This document shows, one piece after another, positions 38,672 through 49,585 of a stretch of DNA of 64,000 bases. The translations under genes were made by a program, and so were the position numbers. The stretch is taken from positions 175 to 64,174 of the forward strand of contig JASFOJ010000006.1 of NCBI GenBank assembly GCA_050116575.1. The letters are read 5' to 3'. Every line of letters starts with the position of its first letter. Within the stretch, counting starts at the first letter, position 1. This DNA is from Gammaproteobacteria bacterium. GTDB lineage: Bacteria; Pseudomonadota; Gammaproteobacteria; SZUA-152. Under the pieces are notes generated by a model. The model ran no database searches, was not told the DNA's origin, and saw only the letters and a program-made list of their open reading frames with translations.

Positions 38672-41056
38672 ATGACTGAACTGCTACGCTGGTTTCACGA
38701 TATTAAAAACGATGACGTCGCCAAAGTGGGCGGCAAAAACGCATCCCTCGGCGAAATGATCGGCCAATTGTCTTCTAAAGGCATTCAGGTTCCCGGTGGT
38801 TTCGCCACCACCGCGCAGGCTTTTCGGGAGTTCCTGGCCTGCGACGGTCTCGACGAGCGGATTTATCAGGCACTGGATGCGCTGGATGTTAACGATGTCC
38901 GGGCGTTATCCAGCACGGGGCAACAGGTCCGGCAATGGATTATGAATACGCCTTTCTCCCCGGCAATGCAGGAAGCCCTGAAAACGGCGTACCAGCAACT
39001 GATCGAGCAATACGGCAACGAAAGCACATTTGCGGTTAGGTCGTCAGCCACCGCCGAAGACCTGCCGGAAGCCTCCTTTGCCGGCCAACAGGAGACCTAT
39101 CTCAATATTAGTGGCACCGATCATCTACTCAACGCCGTTAAAGCGGTCTTTGCCTCCCTGTTTAACGATCGCGCCATCGCCTACCGTGTTCACCAGAATT
39201 TTGACCATCGTGCCGTCGCCTTGTCAGCAGGCGTACAAAAAATGGTGCGATCGGACCAGGCCAGCAGCGGGGTCATGTTTTCCATCGATACCGAATCCGG
39301 TTTTGAAGACGTGGTACTTATTACCAGTGCCTACGGGCTCGGGGAAACCGTCGTGCAGGGAACCGTCAATCCGGATGAATTTGTGGTTTACAAACCGGCT
39401 TTGCAGCAACAACGCCCGGCGATACTAAGCCGGCGGCTCGGCAACAAGGCAGTCGCCATGATCTATAACGAAGGGGGTACTGGTGAGAATGCGACGATAA
39501 CCACCGACGTACCTCTGGAAAAACAACGCCAGTTCAGTATCAACGACGATGAGATACTGCAATTAGCCCGCTTTGCAACCACCATCGAACAGCATTACGG
39601 TCGTGCCATGGATATCGAATGGGCCAAGGACGGCATCGACGAACAGTTGTATATTGTGCAGGCGCGTCCGGAAACCGTCAAAAGCCGCGACGATAAAAAA
39701 GTTATCAAACGTTATGAACTGAAATCCCAGGGCACACTGTTAATTAGCGGGCGCAGTATCGGTCAACGGATAGCCGCCGGTACCGTGCGTATCGTCATGA
39801 GCGCCAAGGAAATAGATCGAGTCAAACCGGGCGACATTCTGGTAACCGATATGACGGACCCGGACTGGGAACCCATAATGAAACAGGCCTCGGCTATTGT
39901 AACCAACCGCGGCGGGCGTACCTGCCATGCCGCCATTATCGCGCGTGAAATGGGTATTCCAGCGGTGGTGGGCTGCGGCAACGCCACAGAGGTTATTACC
40001 GACGGTAGCGAGGTAACCGTATCCTGTGCCGAAGGAGATACCGGCTATATCTACAAAGGCCGGCTGCCGTTTGACATTAACGAAGTCAAAGTTGATTCCA
40101 TGCCGCCGTTACCGTTTAAAATCATGATGAACGTGGCGGCTCCGGACCGTGCCTTCGATTTCCGTAACCTACCCAACGAAGGCGTGGGATTGGCACGCCT
40201 GGAATTTATTATCAACGGCACCATCGGTGTCCACCCCAAGGCACTCATACAGTTTGACAATCAGCCGGAAGACATCAAGGCACAAATTCGAGACAAAATG
40301 GCCGGCTATCATGACCCGGTGAGTTTTTACATCGAGAAACTTACCGAAGGCATTGCCACGATCGCCGCGGCATTCAATCCCAAACCGGTCATTGTGCGCA
40401 TGTCCGATTTCAAATCCAACGAATATGCCAACCTTATCGGTGGCAAAAATTTTGAGCCGGAAGAAGAAAATCCCATGCTTGGGTTTCGAGGTGCTTCCCG
40501 TTATGTCAGCAAATCATTTCGCGATTGCTTTGAACTGGAATGTTTTGCCATTAAAAAAGTTCGCGATGACATTGGTTTGACCAATGTCGCCGTGATGATT
40601 CCTTTCGTTCGCACCGTGACCGAAGCCGAAGCCGTCGCAGACCTGCTTTACGACAACGATCTGCATCGCGGCGATAACGGTCTGGAAGTCATTATGATGT
40701 GTGAGATCCCTTCCAATGCCCTGTTGGCGGATCAGTTCCTGGAACACTTTGATGGCTTTTCTATCGGCTCCAATGACCTGACCCAACTCACACTGGGACT
40801 GGACAGGGATTCGGGCCTGGTGGCGGAGCTGTTTGACGAACGCAACGATGCGGTAAAAGCGTTGCTCAGTATGGCCATCAAATCCTGCCGGCAAAAAATG
40901 AAATATGTGGGTATATGCGGTCAGGGCCCGTCCGACCACCCGGACCTGGCTTTCTGGCTCCTGGAACAAGGCATTGGCAGTATATCCCTGAATCCGGATT
41001 CTGTTATTGAAACGTGGCTTTACCTGGCAGAACACTTGAAATCCCGGCAGAACTGA
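38672..41056 (+). CDS. ppsA: Phosphoenolpyruvate synthase (pyruvate, water dikinase)
   Basis: 794 aa. N-terminus [15 protein letters not shown]. Phospho-His domain [22 protein letters not shown]-terminal PEP-utilising domain. Confidence 0.95.
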   Translation: MTELLRWFHDIKNDDVAKVGGKNASLGEMIGQLSSKGIQVPGGFATTAQAFREFLACDGLDERIYQALDALDVNDVRALSSTGQQVRQWIMNTPFSPAMQEALKTAYQQLIEQYGNESTFAVRSSATAEDLPEASFAGQQETYLNISGTDHLLNAVKAVFASLFNDRAIAYRVHQNFDHRAVALSAGVQKMVRSDQASSGVMFSIDTESGFEDVVLITSAYGLGETVVQGTVNPDEFVVYKPALQQQRPAILSRRLGNKAVAMIYNEGGTGENATITTDVPLEKQRQFSINDDEILQLARFATTIEQHYGRAMDIEWAKDGIDEQLYIVQARPETVKSRDDKKVIKRYELKSQGTLLISGRSIGQRIAAGTVRIVMSAKEIDRVKPGDILVTDMTDPDWEPIMKQASAIVTNRGGRTCHAAIIAREMGIPAVVGCGNATEVITDGSEVTVSCAEGDTGYIYKGRLPFDINEVKVDSMPPLPFKIMMNVAAPDRAFDFRNLPNEGVGLARLEFIINGTIGVHPKALIQFDNQPEDIKAQIRDKMAGYHDPVSFYIEKLTEGIATIAAAFNPKPVIVRMSDFKSNEYANLIGGKNFEPEEENPMLGFRGASRYVSKSFRDCFELECFAIKKVRDDIGLTNVAVMIPFVRTVTEAEAVADLLYDNDLHRGDNGLEVIMMCEIPSNALLADQFLEHFDGFSIGSNDLTQLTLGLDRDSGLVAELFDERNDAVKALLSMAIKSCRQKMKYVGICGQGPSDHPDLAFWLLEQGIGSISLNPDSVIETWLYLAEHLKSRQN

Positions 41057-41372
41057 CGTGGCAGCAGCGACAACAATTCGTCAACTATAGTTCGTGCGAA
41101 AACCGTTTACTTCACGATAATGCCCGGCGCCGCATCTTTTGCTATGCACGCTTCCGATGGTATGCTTGACGCATTACCAACGAAAACCCGGCCGCCGGCT
41201 TTTCCTTATAATTCATATTGCATTCATACAGTTACCGGGCCTGTGATGACCAGAAAAAACTCGAATTTACCCGTTTTTACTGACCTTGCTCAATATCTAC
41301 CCGGGTAGCTGACGCTAAGATTATTATAAAATTGTTGTTATACCAATAAACGCCGCATTGGAGGAATAAACA

Positions 41373-41807
41373 ATGAGCACACTGGTTATGGTAGCCGATG
41401 CCAGTCGCGCAAGATTTTTCAGCGCCGACGATCCCCGCGGAAAATTAACCGAAATAGACAGTATGGTTCACCCCGAATCCAAATTACATCCCAACGAAAT
41501 GGCGTCCGACGAACCCGGCAGAACGTCAAATCGGGGTGGACAAGGCGTTAATTCACTGGATCCGGAAATCGATCCCAAACGCCAGGAGGCGATTCGCTTT
41601 GCCAAGGATGTTACCACCAAATTGAACGCTGTACGGCAACAGGGCCGGTATAACAAAGTCTACATCGTAGCAGCACCGGTGTTCCTGGGTATTTTAAGGA
41701 GCAATATTAATGGCGACACTAAACGCGCCATCAAGGACGAAATCAACAAGGATTTAACGGCTTTACGAATTGATGAAATCCGGGCTCATCTGCCGGAACG
41801 GTTGTAA
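41373..41807 (+). CDS. Host-attachment protein family (PF10116-like; bacterial eRF1-like, baeRF)
   Basis: 144 aa. The N-terminus MSTLVMVADASRARFF matches the host-attachment family start. Confidence 0.6.
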   Translation: MSTLVMVADASRARFFSADDPRGKLTEIDSMVHPESKLHPNEMASDEPGRTSNRGGQGVNSLDPEIDPKRQEAIRFAKDVTTKLNAVRQQGRYNKVYIVAAPVFLGILRSNINGDTKRAIKDEINKDLTALRIDEIRAHLPERL

Positions 41808-41897
41808 CCCGGATTTTCTTTTTACATGACAACGTGACAATGTGACCACGACAACCAAGATGTCAAAAAACGTGTCACCCAATCTAACACAGGAATT

Positions 41898-44333
41898 ATG
41901 AGCATCAAACCTCTTTCCCCGGAACAACTCTACTATGCCTGCCAGCCCGGCGAATTGACATTCTCCACCACAGCCGAACTTGAACAACTCAGCGAGACCA
42001 TCGGTCAGGAACGCGCCATGGAGGCCATTGATTTCGGTGTTGGTATTCAACACGATGGCTACAATCTTTTTGTGCTGGGATCAACCGGTATCGGCAAACA
42101 CGAAGTGGTTCAAAGAGAACTGGAGCGGCGCGCCGAAACCGCCTCACCGCCGCCAGACTGGTGCTATGTCAACAACTTTAAAGCGCCTCACAAACCCAAA
42201 GCCCTGCGACTGCCCACGGGCATGGCAATTCAATTGCGTGACGATATGGCGCAATTGGTTGAAGACCTGCGCAACGCAATTCCAGCGGCTTTTCGCAGTG
42301 ATGAATACCGCATCAGAGCACAGGAACTCAACGAGGAATTTGAAGACCGCCAGGAAGTGGCTTTCAATAAACTGAATGACCACGCAAAGGAAAAAGGCGT
42401 CGCCATATTGCGCACACCGACCGGCTACACCCTGGCGCCGATGCGCGATGATGAAACCCTGTCTCCCGAAGAGTTCGACAAACTGCCCAAAGGAGAACAG
42501 GAACGCATCGAAAAAGCCATCGAAGGGTTGCGTGATGAACTCAAGGAAACCATTCGGAGTATACCCGGTTGGCAGAAAGAATATCACCAGCGGATTAAAA
42601 AGCTTAACCAGGAAGTCTCCGAACTGACAATTGACCAGCTAACCAAGCCATTACTCAATAAGTATGAAAACCTCGACAACGTACGCGACTATATTTCCGA
42701 GGTCAAAGATGATGTGATTAAAAATGTCGATGAGTTCCGCACCAGCGAAGAAGAGGAACCGGCAACGATGCTGGGCATCAAGCAACCGGCTAAAAGTAAA
42801 GGGATTGAGTTTTCACCGTACAATGTCAATGTACTGGTGGATAACTCGGACACTAACGGTGCCCCGGTCGTCTATGAAGACAATCCAACTTATCTCTATT
42901 TACTGGGACGCGTTGAACATTCATCACAGTTCGGCACCCTGCTCACCAATTTCACGCTGATAAAAGCCGGCGCCCTGCACAGGGCCAACGGCGGTTATCT
43001 TGTAGTGGATGCTCGCAAGTTACTGATGCGAGGATTCGCATGGGAAGGTTTGAAGCGCGCCTTGCGTTCGGGCGAAATCCGTATCGAATCATTGGAACAA
43101 ATGCTAAGCCTGGCGAGTACTATTACCCTGGAACCTGAACCCATACCTATCAACATCAAACTGGTGCTGACCGGTGACCGGCTGCTTTATTATCTGCTCA
43201 ATGAGTATGAACCGGAATTCGGCCGTCTGTTTAAAGTCGCCGCGGACTTTTCCGAAGACATTAAGCGAAACCCGGAAAACACCATGTTGTACGCAAGACT
43301 GGTCGCCTCGCTGCAACGCCGGGAAAAATTGAAGGATTTCGACGCCAGCGGTGTCGCCCGCGTCATTGAACAATGCGCCCGGCGTGCCGAAGATGGCGCA
43401 AAGTTATCGCTGCATATGGGCGGTCTGGTTGACTTACTGCGTGAATCAGACTACTGGGCACAACAGGATAGCCAGGATATTGTTTCCAGGACCCATGTCC
43501 AGAAAGCCATTGATAAGCAAATCTATCGACTTGATCAGATACGCTCGCGAAGCCAGGAGTCTATCCAACGGGGCATCCATATTATTGATACCGAGGGCAG
43601 CGAAGTCGGCCAGGTCAACGGTTTGTCTGTCATGGAACTGGGCGACTACAGTTTCGGACAACCGGCCCGCATAACCGCGACCGCGCGGCTGGGTGAAGGA
43701 GAAGTTATCGACATCGAGCGCGAAGTGGACCTGGGCGGACCGATACATTCCAAAGCGGTAATGATATTGTCGGCTTATCTGGCGGACCACTACGCCCGTG
43801 ATTGTCCGTTATCATTATCCGCTACCTTGGTGTTTGAACAGTCCTACGGGATGATTGAGGGCGACAGCGCCTCCATTGCAGAACTCTGTGCGCTGCTTTC
43901 GGCACTGGCCGGTGTGCCCGTCAAACAGTCGCTGGCGGTTACCGGCTCCATTAGTCAGTTGGGTTATGTGCAACCCATCGGCGGCGCCAATGAGAAAATT
44001 GAAGGATTCTTTGACGTTTGCGACGCCAGGGGATTAACCGGTGAACAGGGTGTTATCATCCCTGAATCCAACATTACTCACCTGATGCTCCGTCACGATA
44101 TTGTTGAGGCCGCCAAACAGGGCAAGTTTCATATTTATCCCGTCAGTCACGTGGAGCAGGCATTGGAAATGCTGACCGGTCTGCAAGCCGGCAAACGTGA
44201 TGAAAAAGGCTCCTACCCTGACGGCAGCCTGAACGCGCAGGTACAAAAACGCCTGGAAGAACTCAATAATATTCAGCAGGAATTCTCCGTCAAGGCCAAA
44301 GGTGTAAAGAACGTTGAAAGCGCCGACTCCTAA
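41898..44333 (+). CDS. Lon-like ATP-dependent protease (COG1067/LonB-type AAA+ plus S16 protease domain)
   Basis: Walker A VLGSTGIGKH. C-terminal S16 motif GDSASIAELCALLSALAGVPVKQSLAVTGSIS with the catalytic Ser, and a downstream Lys. Confidence 0.85.
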   Translation: MSIKPLSPEQLYYACQPGELTFSTTAELEQLSETIGQERAMEAIDFGVGIQHDGYNLFVLGSTGIGKHEVVQRELERRAETASPPPDWCYVNNFKAPHKPKALRLPTGMAIQLRDDMAQLVEDLRNAIPAAFRSDEYRIRAQELNEEFEDRQEVAFNKLNDHAKEKGVAILRTPTGYTLAPMRDDETLSPEEFDKLPKGEQERIEKAIEGLRDELKETIRSIPGWQKEYHQRIKKLNQEVSELTIDQLTKPLLNKYENLDNVRDYISEVKDDVIKNVDEFRTSEEEEPATMLGIKQPAKSKGIEFSPYNVNVLVDNSDTNGAPVVYEDNPTYLYLLGRVEHSSQFGTLLTNFTLIKAGALHRANGGYLVVDARKLLMRGFAWEGLKRALRSGEIRIESLEQMLSLASTITLEPEPIPINIKLVLTGDRLLYYLLNEYEPEFGRLFKVAADFSEDIKRNPENTMLYARLVASLQRREKLKDFDASGVARVIEQCARRAEDGAKLSLHMGGLVDLLRESDYWAQQDSQDIVSRTHVQKAIDKQIYRLDQIRSRSQESIQRGIHIIDTEGSEVGQVNGLSVMELGDYSFGQPARITATARLGEGEVIDIEREVDLGGPIHSKAVMILSAYLADHYARDCPLSLSATLVFEQSYGMIEGDSASIAELCALLSALAGVPVKQSLAVTGSISQLGYVQPIGGANEKIEGFFDVCDARGLTGEQGVIIPESNITHLMLRHDIVEAAKQGKFHIYPVSHVEQALEMLTGLQAGKRDEKGSYPDGSLNAQVQKRLEELNNIQQEFSVKAKGVKNVESADS

Positions 44334-45099
44334 AGCAAAAGTGTTACATATCTACGTAGCCATGGATGCCGCCAGCCACAGCGTTGACGCGCTGACATCG
44401 GCCATCACCCTGGCGGGGCAACTGGAGGCGGAATTAACCGGTCTGTTCATTGAAGATATTGACCTGTTGCGTTCGGCGCAACTACCATTTGCCAGTGAAA
44501 TCATTGCTGACAGTGGGCGGGAACGGCTGTTGACCAGCAACGACATCGAACGATCGTTGCGTGCATGGTCTGCGGAAATGCAAAACACGCTGATTAACCA
44601 GGCCCGCAAAGCCCAAATTAAATATTCATTTCGAACCGTACGGGGGCGCCGCCTGGACGCCATATTGACCGAAGCCGGTGTGTCCGACTTATTGATTTTC
44701 GCCCGTCCCCGTTATCGGCTCACTCCCGCTCTGAGTCAGGCAACGAATATCGGACTAATATACGACGGCTCCGAGCAATCACAACATGGTGTCGCAATAC
44801 TGGGTAAACTGGCCGCCAAGGGACTGGCTCACGTTACGTTAATTAATGTTGAAAAGCAGCCACAAGCTCAGGACAGTAAATACGATATACATCATGCCGC
44901 ACAATGGTTAACGCATCGGGGAATGAGCGTTTCGTTGCAAAATCCCGCTGATAAATCTGTTCCTGCTCTGGTTAGCCTGCTGAAACGACACCATGCCTCA
45001 CTGTTGTTGGTACCGGCAAACAACGAGCTATGCAAGCAGTCCGGGCAGTTCCGGCAACTGGAAAGCCGCCTGGAATGTCCTTTAGTGATTATTCGATAA
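44314..45099 (+). CDS. Tandem universal-stress-protein-like (USP) domain protein
   Basis: Two USP-like units (VLHIYVAMDAASHSVDAL...LTGLFIED and IGLIYDGSEQSQHGVAILGKLA...LLLVPANNE). Overlaps the Lon-like gene by about 20 nt. Confidence 0.5.
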   Translation: MKAPTPKAKVLHIYVAMDAASHSVDALTSAITLAGQLEAELTGLFIEDIDLLRSAQLPFASEIIADSGRERLLTSNDIERSLRAWSAEMQNTLINQARKAQIKYSFRTVRGRRLDAILTEAGVSDLLIFARPRYRLTPALSQATNIGLIYDGSEQSQHGVAILGKLAAKGLAHVTLINVEKQPQAQDSKYDIHHAAQWLTHRGMSVSLQNPADKSVPALVSLLKRHHASLLLVPANNELCKQSGQFRQLESRLECPLVIIR

Positions 45100-45165
45100 C
45101 GATGCTTTTATCACCTCTTTTGCAATTAAAAACAGCCCTACCGATGGATAAACTAACATTGAACA

Positions 45166-45819
45166 CTATCGTTTGCGGGACAAGTCCCATACACTGAATG
45201 AGACCAACCGGCCATTGGTATACAAACGATACTCAATAGTTAATGAATGGGGGGTATAGGCCAGGGAACGGACATTTTCCTGGGATACGACGCCACCGGC
45301 CTGGTTGCGAAAATTGTTCTTATCCAGAAACACCAGAAAGTTATCGGCGGCTTTGATTAACTTGACCTCGCCAGCCGCCGCGTCCACGTTTAAACGCAGA
45401 CGGTCTTGCTTCAGTATCAACTCCATGTTTTCAATGCGGCTGGTTTTTCGGTCCGGCGAACGCCAGGTCGATTCCAGTTTGAAGGTTTGCGAACGCTCAA
45501 AGCTAATTTCCGGTTCCACCTTATAAGCGTGCACTTTCTTTTTTACTGCGTTGATAGTGCCGCCGCATACAGTTTCCTGCACCGTGCCTTGCCAGTTCCC
45601 TTGCAATGACGTGAATAATGTTTTTAAGTCTTTATATTGGGAAGTGGTTAAATTACTGATATCCACCTCTGCGGTTACCGGCTCTCCGGCACGTTTGGAA
45701 GGTGAATCACTGAAGCAGGTCTCGGCCATGCCAGGCGCGGGGACAGCCACCAATAACAATACAAACAGGTTACATATAAACACGGCACCTAATCGAACCG
45801 CAGGGATCAAAACAGCCAT
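45166..45819 (-). CDS. Hypothetical secreted protein
   Basis: Signal peptide MAVLIPAVRLGAVFICNLFVLLLVAVPAPGMA. No recognisable motifs. Confidence 0.45.
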   Translation of the reverse strand: MAVLIPAVRLGAVFICNLFVLLLVAVPAPGMAETCFSDSPSKRAGEPVTAEVDISNLTTSQYKDLKTLFTSLQGNWQGTVQETVCGGTINAVKKKVHAYKVEPEISFERSQTFKLESTWRSPDRKTSRIENMELILKQDRLRLNVDAAAGEVKLIKAADNFLVFLDKNNFRNQAGGVVSQENVRSLAYTPHSLTIEYRLYTNGRLVSFSVWDLSRKR

Positions 45820-46208
45820 AGCGTTTCCCAAAACAATACCGGCCAATAAAACCACACCGGTGAATAATCTGTCCTGTTTTCAGTATAGGTAATCCACCGG
45901 ATTATTGCGAACCTTAGTAACGAGTACTACGCTGTCATTGATTCGTCCTGGACGACCAGCCTGTCTTTTCATTACTTGTAGCTGCCGATGAATCAAGTAT
46001 ACCAGCAACGTATATAAGCAACCTTGTTTTGGAAATCACACTATGACACAGCTTATGATATCAACCCTTGCGCGCGATGCCGTGTTGTTGACCAACGGCA
46101 CCGCGTTGACGGACACCGGCAAGAAGTATCTTCGCGAACTGCATTACGAGCATTGATATGCCGCGCCTTTCACAGTTTCATCGCTTACTGCCCGCCGGTG
46201 AGTCCGCG

Positions 46209-46496
46209 TTATTTATGGGCGATGGGCTTTTCCGTGAACAGGTAATCTTTCAGTTCGTCATTAAACTTGGCATCTTTGCGGCGAATCCATTCCAGCACCA
46301 TGGCTGCGTGTTCCTTTTCTTCGTCCCGGTTATGAGCCAGAATGGCTTTCAACTCCTCATCCTTGCAGGCATCGATTCGCTGGTTATACCAGTCGACGGC
46401 TTCCAGTTCTTCCATTAACGAAATAACCGCACGATGGAAGTCACGGGTGTCATCGCTCAATTCACCGACTGGTTCATGATAACCTTCATTTGCCAT
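46209..46496 (-). CDS. Encapsulated-ferritin-like (EncFtn family) protein without targeting peptide
   Basis: RBS AGGAGA. The 95-aa sequence MEELEAVDWYNQRIDA...ILAHNRDEEKEHAAMVLEWIRR matches the EncFtn di-iron motifs E(x)Y and ExxH. No C-terminal SLGIGSLK-type peptide. Confidence 0.7.
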   Translation of the reverse strand: MANEGYHEPVGELSDDTRDFHRAVISLMEELEAVDWYNQRIDACKDEELKAILAHNRDEEKEHAAMVLEWIRRKDAKFNDELKDYLFTEKPIAHK

Positions 46497-46884
46497 TAGT
46501 TATTCTCCTGAGGTATTGTTAATTTAAACAACTTTTAGTCTTAGGGTCGGAAAAATTCTGTTCGAATATCGACCAAATTGGCCATAGACCATAAGCAAAT
46601 TCTATTGATTCGCCGCTGGAAATTCATCAAAAATTTTCAATGTGTTCTTGACCTTGGTAGGATTTTCTCAAATCCTGCTGAGTTCTTATGAAGACTTGGT
46701 CGCCGATAGCACCCCGGCGGTCGTCGTTGAGACACCAATACCACAGGAAAACTCTGGATATTGACATTTATCATTGGCGACAAGCTTTCGTCACACGCAA
46801 TATCAAAAATTCTATCTATTCGCTGAATTGTGATACCGGAATCGGTCTATTGCAAATCCGCGGCATTTTCTAAGGATCTGCGCC

Positions 46885-48102
46885 ATGCCTTCAACCACAC
46901 CACCTGAATCGAATGGCGCACAGGCAACGCAGGATGCCCCTTCCCAAATCTCCCGGACAAATATCCTGCTGTTGGGCCTGGTGAGTTTCATTAACGATAC
47001 ATCCAGCAAGATCATCCTCCCGGTGCTGCCGTTGTTCATCAAAGATCTCGGAGGTGGCGGCCTGGCAATAGGGATTATTTCCGGCATCAGCGACAGTATC
47101 GCCAGCCTGTTTACGCTTTTCGCCGGTTACTGGTCCGACCGAGTCGGCAACCGCAAAACCTTTGTATTCAGCGGTTATGTTATCGCTGCCATTGCCAAAT
47201 TGTGCTTTGCCTTTGCGTACATGTGGCAACACGTGTTACTGCTCCGAACCATTGAACGGCTGGGCAAAGGCATTCGCAGCGCCCCGCGGGATGCGCTATT
47301 GGCCTCGTCGACACACCAAAAAATCCGCGGCCGCGGTTTCGGTGTACATCGGGCCATGGACAGTGCTGGCGCCGTGTTTGGCACTCTAATTGCGTTTGTG
47401 TTGTTCTGGTACCTTGGCATGAGCTTCAGCCACATTTTTATCATTGCAGGTGTGACCGGATTCGCTGCACTGATTCCATTGTTTTTTGTCAAAGAGAGCG
47501 ATCGGCCGGTAAGGCAAAGACACTATCGATTCAGTTTGAAAGGCCTGTCACTACCGTTGAAAAATTTTATCACGGTCGCTTTTTTGTTTTCCCTGGCCAA
47601 TTTTAGTTATATGTTTTTCGTACTTCACAGCCAGGGAGCCTTTGAAGGCAAACTTGCCGTGGGCATCCCTATCCTGTTATATGCACTTTTTAACCTGGTT
47701 TATACCGTGCTGGCGATCCCGGCCGGGATCCTGTCAGATCGTATTGGGCGCAAAAACGTACTATTAGCTGGTTACGGTACCTATATACTGGTATGTCTGG
47801 GCTTTATGATTGCCAATAGTTTGCTGATGTATTTGCTGCTGTTTGTGCTCTACGGCTTGAATTACGCGTTGGTCAATGCCAATGAACGGGCCTTTGTGTC
47901 CGATCTCGCCCACGAATCGGCGCGCGGTGTTGCCTTGGGGACCTATCACATGGCGACCAGTATTGCCGCCCTCCCCGCCGGTCTGATTGCCGGGTTGTTG
48001 TGGGATTTGAACCCGATATATACGTTCGCCTTTGGCGCTTTACTCGCCGTCGCCGCGGTCATTGTGTTGTTAGCCGGCATTCGTTCTGAAAATGCATCCT
48101 AA
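46885..48102 (+). CDS. MFS transporter
   Basis: Twelve TM helices. MFS motif GYWSDRVGNRK in loop 2-3. Confidence 0.85.
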   Translation: MPSTTPPESNGAQATQDAPSQISRTNILLLGLVSFINDTSSKIILPVLPLFIKDLGGGGLAIGIISGISDSIASLFTLFAGYWSDRVGNRKTFVFSGYVIAAIAKLCFAFAYMWQHVLLLRTIERLGKGIRSAPRDALLASSTHQKIRGRGFGVHRAMDSAGAVFGTLIAFVLFWYLGMSFSHIFIIAGVTGFAALIPLFFVKESDRPVRQRHYRFSLKGLSLPLKNFITVAFLFSLANFSYMFFVLHSQGAFEGKLAVGIPILLYALFNLVYTVLAIPAGILSDRIGRKNVLLAGYGTYILVCLGFMIANSLLMYLLLFVLYGLNYALVNANERAFVSDLAHESARGVALGTYHMATSIAALPAGLIAGLLWDLNPIYTFAFGALLAVAAVIVLLAGIRSENAS

Positions 48103-48274
48103 TTCGGTTTACAAACGTAACCCCAGGGCTCAGCAGGTGGATGTATCAAATCATCAACTACCAATATGCCCGCGACAACCACGTTCGTTAAATGGCAGCA
48201 CAAACGGCCCTGCATTAAGGGCCGTTCGTCAATTGATACTTTTTGTTAGAAGCAGTAGGTGCTTCGGCTCTTAG

Positions 48275-48718
48275 CTAGTGGTGAGTACATACCTGCTTTA
48301 GCGTATTCATTGTATCCCGGAAACTCAGCTCAGAATTATCCTCCTGGGCCAGACTGATAATATCGTCGATGGACAGCACCCCCTGCAACTGGCCGTTGCT
48401 ATCGATAACAGGGAGGCGGCGGATATGATGATCCGACATCAATTGCAAAGCGTTTTTTATATCCTCGTCACTGCGACAGGTAAATAGTGACCGGTTATTC
48501 AGTATGTCGTTAGTTTTCAGCTCCCATTCCGCTTTATGATTGAGCGCACACCCCATGGCAATATCCCGGTCAGTGATAATACCCACCAGATTGTTGGAAC
48601 TATCAAGTACCGGAATAGACCCGCAATTCTTGTCCCACATGATTTTCGCCACCGACTCTAGGTCACTGTCGGCACTACAAGTGCCAACGTCTTTGCTCAT
48701 AATGTCACTTACGTTCAT
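48275..48718 (-). CDS. CBS-pair domain protein
   Basis: RBS GGAGGA. Two CBS motifs (VGTCSADSDLESVAKIM...GSIPVLD and HHIRRLPVID...LQGVLSIDDI). Confidence 0.8.
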   Translation of the reverse strand: MNVSDIMSKDVGTCSADSDLESVAKIMWDKNCGSIPVLDSSNNLVGIITDRDIAMGCALNHKAEWELKTNDILNNRSLFTCRSDEDIKNALQLMSDHHIRRLPVIDSNGQLQGVLSIDDIISLAQEDNSELSFRDTMNTLKQVCTHH

Positions 48719-49104
48719 GATCGTTCCTCCGATTTTTTTCACCCTGCCTGTTGACTTACGTGTTTTCGACACATATAGCAAACACCTTATTGATAGCTAT
48801 GCGTTGAGATGTTCCTAAATATTCAGCCACATGCCTTCCATCTAGTCAACGAATAGCCAAATAATTTCGTTGTTATTGAACACTCATTGTGTAATTTTAA
48901 CCGCAGACTTTTTTCCGCCTGGATGGAATCCAGGTCAACACCTGCCAGCCGTTGGTAACTGTATTCGATAGTTGTCGTTCTTTCAGGGCCGTTTAGACGC
49001 ACGGAATATACCGATATCGCTTCACTGCAGCTATGAACCACAAGCAATTCAAGTATTGGAAGTGCGCCACTGCCAGCACATCCGACCGAATATCCCCCCC
49101 GCGT

Positions 49105-49530
49105 CTAATTCATTTGTGCTTTTAGCGATATTTCGACACCCTTCAAGGCATGTGACACAGGACAGTCGACTTTGGCGGTCTGGGCACACTTATCAAATGT
49201 GTCCTTGTCCATACCTGGCACTTGAGCCCTGGTTTCCAGATCGATACGGGAAATCTTGAAGCCCCCGTTTTTAGGATCCAGATGAACACTGGCCTGGGTG
49301 TCTATCATTTCCGGAGTATGTCCTGCATCTTCCAGAATCATCGACAGTGCCATGGAGAAACAACCGGCGTGCGCGGCGGCAATAAGTTCTTCGGGATTAC
49401 TACCATTTTCGGATTCGAAGCGGGAACCGAAAGAATAGGGGCCTTCAAAAACTCCGCTACCCAGTTGCATTTTACCCTTCCCGTTCTTCAAGCCCCCCGT
49501 CCATTGTGCTTTGGAGACGCGTATTGGCAT
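49105..49530 (-). CDS. OsmC/Ohr family peroxiredoxin
   Basis: RBS AAGGAG. Motif GSNPEELIAAAHAGCFSMAL and a second Cys in KVDCPVSHAL. Confidence 0.85.
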   Translation of the reverse strand: MPIRVSKAQWTGGLKNGKGKMQLGSGVFEGPYSFGSRFESENGSNPEELIAAAHAGCFSMALSMILEDAGHTPEMIDTQASVHLDPKNGGFKISRIDLETRAQVPGMDKDTFDKCAQTAKVDCPVSHALKGVEISLKAQMN

Positions 49531-49585
49531 ATTTTTCTCCTTCAATATTTATCGATCGTTGATATAGATGATTGGATGCGTCCGG

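Noticed and set aside
41100-41300. TTGACG…TATAAT pair upstream of the host-attachment gene as a sigma-70 promoter.
   Set aside because: The spacing between the hexamers is about 35 nt, far from the 16-18 nt optimum, so it is probably coincidental.
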